Part shown: in pieces, positions 15,219 to 19,115 of the stretch
Numbering within the stretch: position 1 is the first letter of the stretch
Layout of the letters: every line of letters starts with the position of its first letter
Assembly (NCBI GenBank): GCA_023140255.1
Contig: JAGLLX010000014.1
Coordinates: 1 to 19,115 of the forward strand
Length of the DNA: 19,115 nt
From: Minisyncoccota bacterium
GTDB lineage: Bacteria; Patescibacteriota; Minisyncoccia; Phycocordibacterales; UBA12079
Direction: 5' to 3'
Position numbers and translations under genes: made by a program
The notes under the pieces: generated by a model
What the model saw: only the letters and a program-made list of their open reading frames with translations
Databases searched by the model: none
What the model was told of the DNA's origin: nothing

Positions 15219-15422
15219 GATTATTTTTTATTTATCGGTAAAAACATTCTACTTATAAAACTGCTTATATACACTTAGACTTGTAGTTGCTTTTGAGTTA
15301 GGTTGATTGTTTAAATCGTCTTTTATAGTCCAGATAGCTACTGGATTTAAGTACCAAACATCTTTTAAATATGAAGGAACTATACTCTTTAAATCGGCGA
15401 TAGACATTGTCTTTTATATTTT

Positions 15423-16634
15423 TTATTTCTTTAATCTAATAATTTTTCTTCCCAATTTCAATAAAATTGAATCTTCGTTATTAAAATCTAGCTGATACTT
15501 ATAATCAGTAATTTTTTCTTCTCCAATTTTTACAGCTCCTTCATCTACCTTTCTTCTTGCTTCACTTTTAGAACAAGCTAAATTTAATCCAACTAATATT
15601 TCCAAAATATCTTTTCCTTCTTTCAAACTAATTTCCTGAATATTTTCCGGAACCCCTTTGTTTTGGAATTGAATTTTAAAATTTTCTTCAGCTTTTTGTG
15701 CTTCTTCAGTATTATAAAAAATTTCTACTAAATTAAAAGCTAACTCCATCTTCAAATCTCGAGGATTTACAGAACCATCTTTTATTTTTTTTCTCATCAC
15801 TTCTATTTCTTCTAATGGTTTGTTTGTTATTAATTCAAATGTATTAGCTATAAACCCATCTGACAAAGACATTACAATCCCATATATATTTTCTGGTTTT
15901 TCATCCAAAAAGATAGCATTTCCTTCTGATTTACCCATTTTCTTTCCTACATCATCAGACAAAAGCTTCATTGTTAAAATGAATTTTTCTCGTTTATTAA
16001 TTGTCTTCTGTAAATCTCTTCCTCTCATCATATTGAACATCTGATCATTTCCTCCTATTTCTAAATCAACGTCCATTGCCACAGAGTCATAAGCCTGAGC
16101 TAAAGGATACAAAAACTCATGGAGATAAATAGGCTTTTCATCTTCTAATCTTTTCTGAAACATATCTCTTTGTATCATCTGTTGTACAGTAAAATGAGAA
16201 GATAGTTCAATTAAATCTCTAAAATTTAATTTATCGTTCCATTCACTATTATATTTTATCTCAGCTGGATTTTCTCCATCAAAATTTAAAAAAACTGAAG
16301 CTTGTTTTTTATAATGTTTTGCATTTGCTTCAATTTCCTCCTTGGTTAATTTAGGACGTGCAGCACTTTTATCTGTTGGGTCACCAATTAATGCAGTAAA
16401 ATCCCCCACTAAAAAAATTACCTTATGACCAAGTTTCTGGAATTCTGATAGTTTTTTTATTGAAATAGCATTTCCTATATGCAAAGAAGGTGCCGTAGGA
16501 TCATATCCACAATACAGCTTAATTTGTTTACCTGACATCAAAAGTTTTTTTAATTCTTCTTTTTCTGAAAAGATTTGTTCTACCCCCTTAGTTAAAATCT
16601 CATCTATAGCTTTTTCATCTGTATTTATTTTCAT
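15423..16634 (-). CDS. tyrS: Tyrosine--tRNA ligase with C-terminal S4 domain
   Basis: LYCGYDPTAPSLHIGN (HIGH) and KMGKS motifs. The N-terminus aligns with the E. coli TyrRS N-terminus. The C-terminal S4-like RNA-binding segment is present. Confidence 0.9.
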   Translation of the reverse strand: MKINTDEKAIDEILTKGVEQIFSEKEELKKLLMSGKQIKLYCGYDPTAPSLHIGNAISIKKLSEFQKLGHKVIFLVGDFTALIGDPTDKSAARPKLTKEEIEANAKHYKKQASVFLNFDGENPAEIKYNSEWNDKLNFRDLIELSSHFTVQQMIQRDMFQKRLEDEKPIYLHEFLYPLAQAYDSVAMDVDLEIGGNDQMFNMMRGRDLQKTINKREKFILTMKLLSDDVGKKMGKSEGNAIFLDEKPENIYGIVMSLSDGFIANTFELITNKPLEEIEVMRKKIKDGSVNPRDLKMELAFNLVEIFYNTEEAQKAEENFKIQFQNKGVPENIQEISLKEGKDILEILVGLNLACSKSEARRKVDEGAVKIGEEKITDYKYQLDFNNEDSILLKLGRKIIRLKK

Positions 16635-16748
16635 CCCGTTAGAGATACTTTATTAAAAGTATCTCTAACGGGACAAGTCCCTTACTTTTAATAACTATCT
16701 TTAAATTAAACTGGTAATTTTTAGCCCCGCCAAATCTCTAACGGGATA
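16635..16748 (-). promoter_or_regulatory. Upstream module of tyrS, homologous to the topA module. A perfect 14-nt inverted repeat CCCGTTAGAGATAC (16635-16648) / GTATCTCTAACGGG (16659-16672) with a 10-nt AT loop abuts the tyrS start codon. Upstream of it are GGGACTTGTCCC, the conserved AT-rich block, and a distal third copy of the motif (minus-strand TCCCGTTAGAGATTTGG at 16731-16747)
   Basis: Reverse complement of 16632-16681 is GGGACTTGTCCCGTTAGAGATACTTTTAATAAAGTATCTCTAACGGGATG. The first 32 nt are identical to 4046-4077. The block CAGTTTAATTTAAAGAT(A/G)(G/T)TTATTAAAAGTAA is also shared. Confidence 0.5.
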
Positions 16749-16823
16749 CATATTAAGTATTGTAACACAAAATAAAAACAGCTCAATGTACTATATGGGA
16801 TATATTATATTCAAGGATAACTC

Positions 16824-16853
16824 TTGACTTATCCCTAGTTTATATAGTATAAT
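16824..16853 (+). promoter_or_regulatory. Strong sigma70-type promoter TTGACT(16824-16829)-18 nt-TATAAT(16848-16853) for the SPFH operon
   Basis: Read directly. It lies about 90 nt upstream of the Shine-Dalgarno sequence and ATG at 16945. Confidence 0.55.
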
Positions 16854-16944
16854 TATGCCCAGTAAGTTTAAGTTATTCCCTATTCTCGGTTGAATTTGGA
16901 ATTAATTTTTTGATAATTAAATATAAACAAAAAAGGAGAAAGTT

Positions 16945-18078
16945 ATGAAAATTTTGAATTTGGTGTTATTGGTGTTGGTAATTTTAATTACCATGGGGAT
17001 AGTTATTTTTGTGAAAAAGAGACAGTTCTTGAAAAAACAAAAAACTACGGACAAAAGCGAAGATAATGATAAAAAAAAGAAGAATATTTTTGTCAGCCAT
17101 AAGGAAGGGTTGAAACAGATTTTATCTTTCGTGACAATGGCAGTTTTTGCTACTAATATCGGTCACATCTTAGGACACGAAGTTAAAGTATGGACAATTT
17201 CAAAAGGGGTCGAAGAAGTTTATGCCCAGGTAAACTATTGGGTAGCTTTATCAGGTATTTGGATAATTTCTTTCTTATGGACAAGAGATATTAAACCTTT
17301 CCATAAAGGGGTTCCACTTATTCTTGGAAGACCTATAGATTGGTTCACATTACCAAGTGGAAAATTTTGGATTCTTCCAAAACCCTTTATGGATTTTGAA
17401 GAGGTGGATGTTCGACAAAAAGATTTAGACATTGATATTAAAGAAGCTTTATCGAAGGATAATGTAAAAATTGATGTTGATGTTCTTGTTAAAGCTGCAG
17501 TATCTAACCCTTTTCAGTGGCTAAAAACAGAAGAGGCTGACAAAGCTCTAATGACTCTGGTTCGAAGAAATATTCGTGTTTTTGTTAACCAAATTGACTC
17601 AGAAAAAATGCCTGGCCAGAAAATTGAATTTTCCACCAACCTTGAAAAAGGAGTTACTTTCCCTGAGTTAGATGAAGATGGTAACCAAAAATCAGATGCT
17701 GAAGGGGAAAAATTGGTAACAGTAATAGAAAGCGTCTCTACTGTCGCTGCTGATTGGGGATATGGTGAAGGAATCGCTAAGTGTATCATTAATGATATCC
17801 GTTTACCCGAAGAAATGGTGAAAGCAAATATTGCCAAAAAGGTTGAGGAAGCTCAAGTAGAAACAGAAACAACTCAGCAAAATTTATTTCTTACCCAATT
17901 AGGCGGAGGAAATATTGAGAGAGGACGTAAAGATTTTCTCTTAATGGAAGCTGAAGAACGAGCAAAAAATATTCAAGCTGAACGAGGAAAGAGAACGGTA
18001 ATAACAGTAGATGGAAATCTTCCTAGTATAGCTAAAGGTCTTATTGCTGGAGCAGTAATTTCCAAAGGAGGAAAATAA
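16945..18078 (+). CDS. SPFH / band-7 domain membrane protein (stomatin/prohibitin/flotillin/HflK-C superfamily)
   Basis: N-terminal transmembrane helix. SPFH core ILPKPFMDFEEVDVRQKDLDIDIKEALSKDNVKIDVDVLVKAAVSNPFQWL...LVRRNIRVFVNQ matches the band-7 consensus (P.PF.D...VD.R...LD....E.LTKDNV.v.VDAV). C-terminal coiled-coil. AAGGAG Shine-Dalgarno sequence 6 nt before the ATG. Confidence 0.8.
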   Translation: MKILNLVLLVLVILITMGIVIFVKKRQFLKKQKTTDKSEDNDKKKKNIFVSHKEGLKQILSFVTMAVFATNIGHILGHEVKVWTISKGVEEVYAQVNYWVALSGIWIISFLWTRDIKPFHKGVPLILGRPIDWFTLPSGKFWILPKPFMDFEEVDVRQKDLDIDIKEALSKDNVKIDVDVLVKAAVSNPFQWLKTEEADKALMTLVRRNIRVFVNQIDSEKMPGQKIEFSTNLEKGVTFPELDEDGNQKSDAEGEKLVTVIESVSTVAADWGYGEGIAKCIINDIRLPEEMVKANIAKKVEEAQVETETTQQNLFLTQLGGGNIERGRKDFLLMEAEERAKNIQAERGKRTVITVDGNLPSIAKGLIAGAVISKGGK

Positions 18079-18710
18079 TGAGAACAATTACGGTGATGGT
18101 TATTATGGTGGTAATCATTGTCACAATCTGTTGGATGGGAAGCCCTGACAAAAAAGAGTCTTCTCAACAGCAAAAAAAGAAATGGGTTTATTCTTGGAAA
18201 CAAAAAGGAAACGGGGGAAAATGGTTCGAAGGGAAAGCCAGCCAAGTTAGATTTGACAAGGAAGGAAACGTTCTTTCCTTTCATGTTCTTTGGCCAAAAA
18301 CACAAACCAAAGCTGAGTATAGAAGAGACTCAGCCAAAAAAACGGGGACTTACACCCAGAAAAATGAAAAAGGAACTTGGTTCCTTAATAAACTCGCTCG
18401 AACAAATGAGTTCGGGGGTTGGGAAAAAAGTGATAAAGGAGTAGAAGGAGAAATTTTCCTCTTTACTCCTAAAAAACAAGTTTCGTTAGGCCCAGACTGG
18501 AAAGAAATTATCTTACAACCTGGGAAATGGTCAAAAGTTTTTCAAATGAGAAATGGTTCTCGTTGGGAGACTATTCAAGGTAAAGTTTGGGTGAAAGTTG
18601 GAAATAAAAAATCCATCTTAGATACACCAACATCCAAACTTCTGGTGGGGGGTAGTACAATTAGATTTTACCCCGAAACAGATGATGTTGTATTGTTTTT
18701 TAAATATTAG
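18078..18710 (+). CDS. Hypothetical membrane-anchored (possibly lipoprotein) Trp/Lys-rich beta-type protein, translationally coupled to the SPFH gene (TAATG overlap); candidate SPFH partner (NfeD-analogue?)
   Basis: AAGGAGG at 18065-18071, 6 nt before an ATG that overlaps the upstream stop. The N-terminus MRTITVMVIMVVIIVTIC is hydrophobic with a loose lipobox (VTIC). The rest is a soluble 185-aa W/K/G-rich region with no motif I recognise. A strong terminator follows immediately. Confidence 0.65.
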   Translation: MRTITVMVIMVVIIVTICWMGSPDKKESSQQQKKKWVYSWKQKGNGGKWFEGKASQVRFDKEGNVLSFHVLWPKTQTKAEYRRDSAKKTGTYTQKNEKGTWFLNKLARTNEFGGWEKSDKGVEGEIFLFTPKKQVSLGPDWKEIILQPGKWSKVFQMRNGSRWETIQGKVWVKVGNKKSILDTPTSKLLVGGSTIRFYPETDDVVLFFKY

Positions 18711-18713
18711 CAT

Positions 18714-18751
18714 CAGCAGGGAGAGCGAATTTATTCGCCTCCCTGTTTTTT
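18714..18751 (+). terminator. Strong rho-independent terminator of the SPFH operon: GC-rich compound stem CAGGGAG(A)GCGAAT-TT-ATTCGC-CTCCCTG followed by TTTTTT
   Basis: Arms 18717-18730 / 18733-18745. T-run 18746-18751. Confidence 0.7.
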
Positions 18752-18766
18752 AATTGATATTTTAAA

Positions 18767-18794
18767 ATTCTATCATTCTATAGAATGATAGAAT
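18767..18794. promoter_or_regulatory. Perfect 26-bp palindrome TTCTATCATTCTA|TAGAATGATAGAA (28 bp with flanking A/T) just downstream of the ArsR gene stop; candidate ArsR-family operator and/or minus-strand terminator hairpin for the regulator gene
   Basis: 18768-18780 pairs perfectly with 18781-18793. On the minus strand the hairpin is followed by TTTTAAAAT. The same half-site recurs at 19102-19115. Confidence 0.5.
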
Positions 18795-18808
18795 GTGGTA
18801 ATTCATTT

Positions 18809-19093
18809 TTAAAAAGTTTTTATAAAAGATACAAATCTTTTACCATATGGAGAAAGTTTATGAGAAACTGGTTTACCAATATACTGTTTATTTAATAAAC
18901 CTGCTAAAACAAGTTTTTCTGTATGCTGAGCAACAACTTTGTAATCAGTCTTTAGTCCTTCAGCTATATCAAAAAGACTAGAACCTTTATTTTTTTCAAT
19001 AAAAAGCAAAATGTCTATTCTTCTATGATTAGCAGGACCTTTAAAAAATCTTTCTAGTCTTTTTCCTTCTCTTTGGTTTTTAGTTTTCTTCAT
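18809..19093 (-). CDS. ArsR/SmtB-family winged-helix transcriptional regulator (94 aa, no cysteines, so probably not a thiol-metal sensor)
   Basis: FKGPANHRRIDILLFIEKNKGSSLFDIAEGLKTDYKVVAQHTEKLVLAGLL matches the ArsR HTH pattern (DPTRL.IL..L...E..V.DLA..L..SQS.VSHHLK.L..AGL). Zero Cys residues. Confidence 0.8.
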   Translation of the reverse strand: MKKTKNQREGKRLERFFKGPANHRRIDILLFIEKNKGSSLFDIAEGLKTDYKVVAQHTEKLVLAGLLNKQYIGKPVSHKLSPYGKRFVSFIKTF

Positions 19094-19101
19094 ATCTTAT
19101 A

Positions 19102-19115
19102 TTCTATCATTCTAT
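19102..19115. promoter_or_regulatory. Second copy of the palindrome half-site TTCTATCATTCTAT, 9 nt upstream of the ArsR-gene start codon; runs off the window; likely autoregulatory operator overlapping a TAGAAT -10
   Basis: Identical 14-mer to 18768-18781. On the minus strand it reads ATAGAATGATAGAATATAAGAT then ATG, with TAGAAT 7-8 nt before the ATG (leaderless geometry). Confidence 0.45.

Noticed and set aside
15219-15422. T-box or other riboswitch leader upstream of trpS (and upstream of aspS or tyrS)
   Set aside because: No T-box consensus (AATTAGGGTGGNACCGCG-like GC-rich antiterminator) or specifier-loop architecture is visible. The 200-nt gap is AT-rich with only short hairpins. The tyrS leader is the separate shared module described in the findings.
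15307-15495. 62-aa + ORF between trpS and tyrS
   Set aside because: It overlaps the tyrS 3' end on the opposite strand, has F/I/K-rich noise composition and no Shine-Dalgarno sequence.
15820-16044. 74-aa + ORF inside tyrS
   Set aside because: Antisense to tyrS.
17235-18444. Four short ORFs (17235-17432 -, 17514-17837 -, 17973-18305 -, 18118-18444 +) overlapping the SPFH operon
   Set aside because: All are antisense or out-of-frame relative to two genes that have a Shine-Dalgarno sequence, coupling and a terminator. 18118..18444 is a K-rich low-complexity alternative frame of the 18078..18710 gene.
1-19115. tRNA genes, CRISPR arrays, transposase or integrase genes
   Set aside because: There is no T-arm GGTTCGAATCC-like motif in any intergenic region. 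No direct-repeat and spacer array exists beyond the 7-bp microsatellite. No transposase or integrase ORF is present, and no long terminal inverted repeats.

Overview
This 19.1-kb window is AT-rich, gene-dense bacterial chromosome. Almost all of it is housekeeping genes. Most of them lack a Shine-Dalgarno sequence and appear to be leaderless, with a -10 element within about 10 nt of the ATG. This style fits a reduced-genome lineage such as Patescibacteria/CPR, but I cannot confirm the lineage without a search.

Genes I can support, in order: a partial surface protein with a CBM/LamG-like domain (minus, runs off the 5' edge); a compact SMC-family ATPase (minus); a 46-codon micro-ORF with its own promoter, Shine-Dalgarno sequence and terminator; topA with four C-terminal zinc ribbons; secG; a family-5 solute-binding protein; RNase J; an MFS transporter; then on the minus strand aspS, a CaCA Na+/Ca2+ antiporter, trpS and tyrS; then a plus-strand operon of an SPFH/band-7 protein and a translationally coupled membrane-anchored hypothetical protein; and a cysteine-free ArsR-family regulator (minus).

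I do not see a recognisable multi-gene defence system or mobile element. The novelty is in the non-coding DNA:
- A duplicated upstream module of about 115-150 nt sits in front of topA and tyrS. Each copy ends in a 14-nt inverted repeat (CCCGTTAGAGATAC) that abuts the start codon, and each has an extra direct-repeat copy of the motif further upstream.
- A family of 26-bp palindromes (TTCTAWCATTCTR/YAGAATGWTAGAA) flanks the ArsR gene on both sides. A third copy sits 18 kb away inside a promoter-like context, in front of a candidate hairpin-plus-terminator small RNA.
- The 724-1060 intergenic region carries six palindromes.
- There is a REP-like hairpin repeat with two copies, a heptamer tandem repeat (TCTTAAA) in front of the solute-binding-protein gene, and a 13-bp direct repeat bracketing the MFS gene.

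All calls rest on reading the sequence and ORF translations by eye. No database searches were run.
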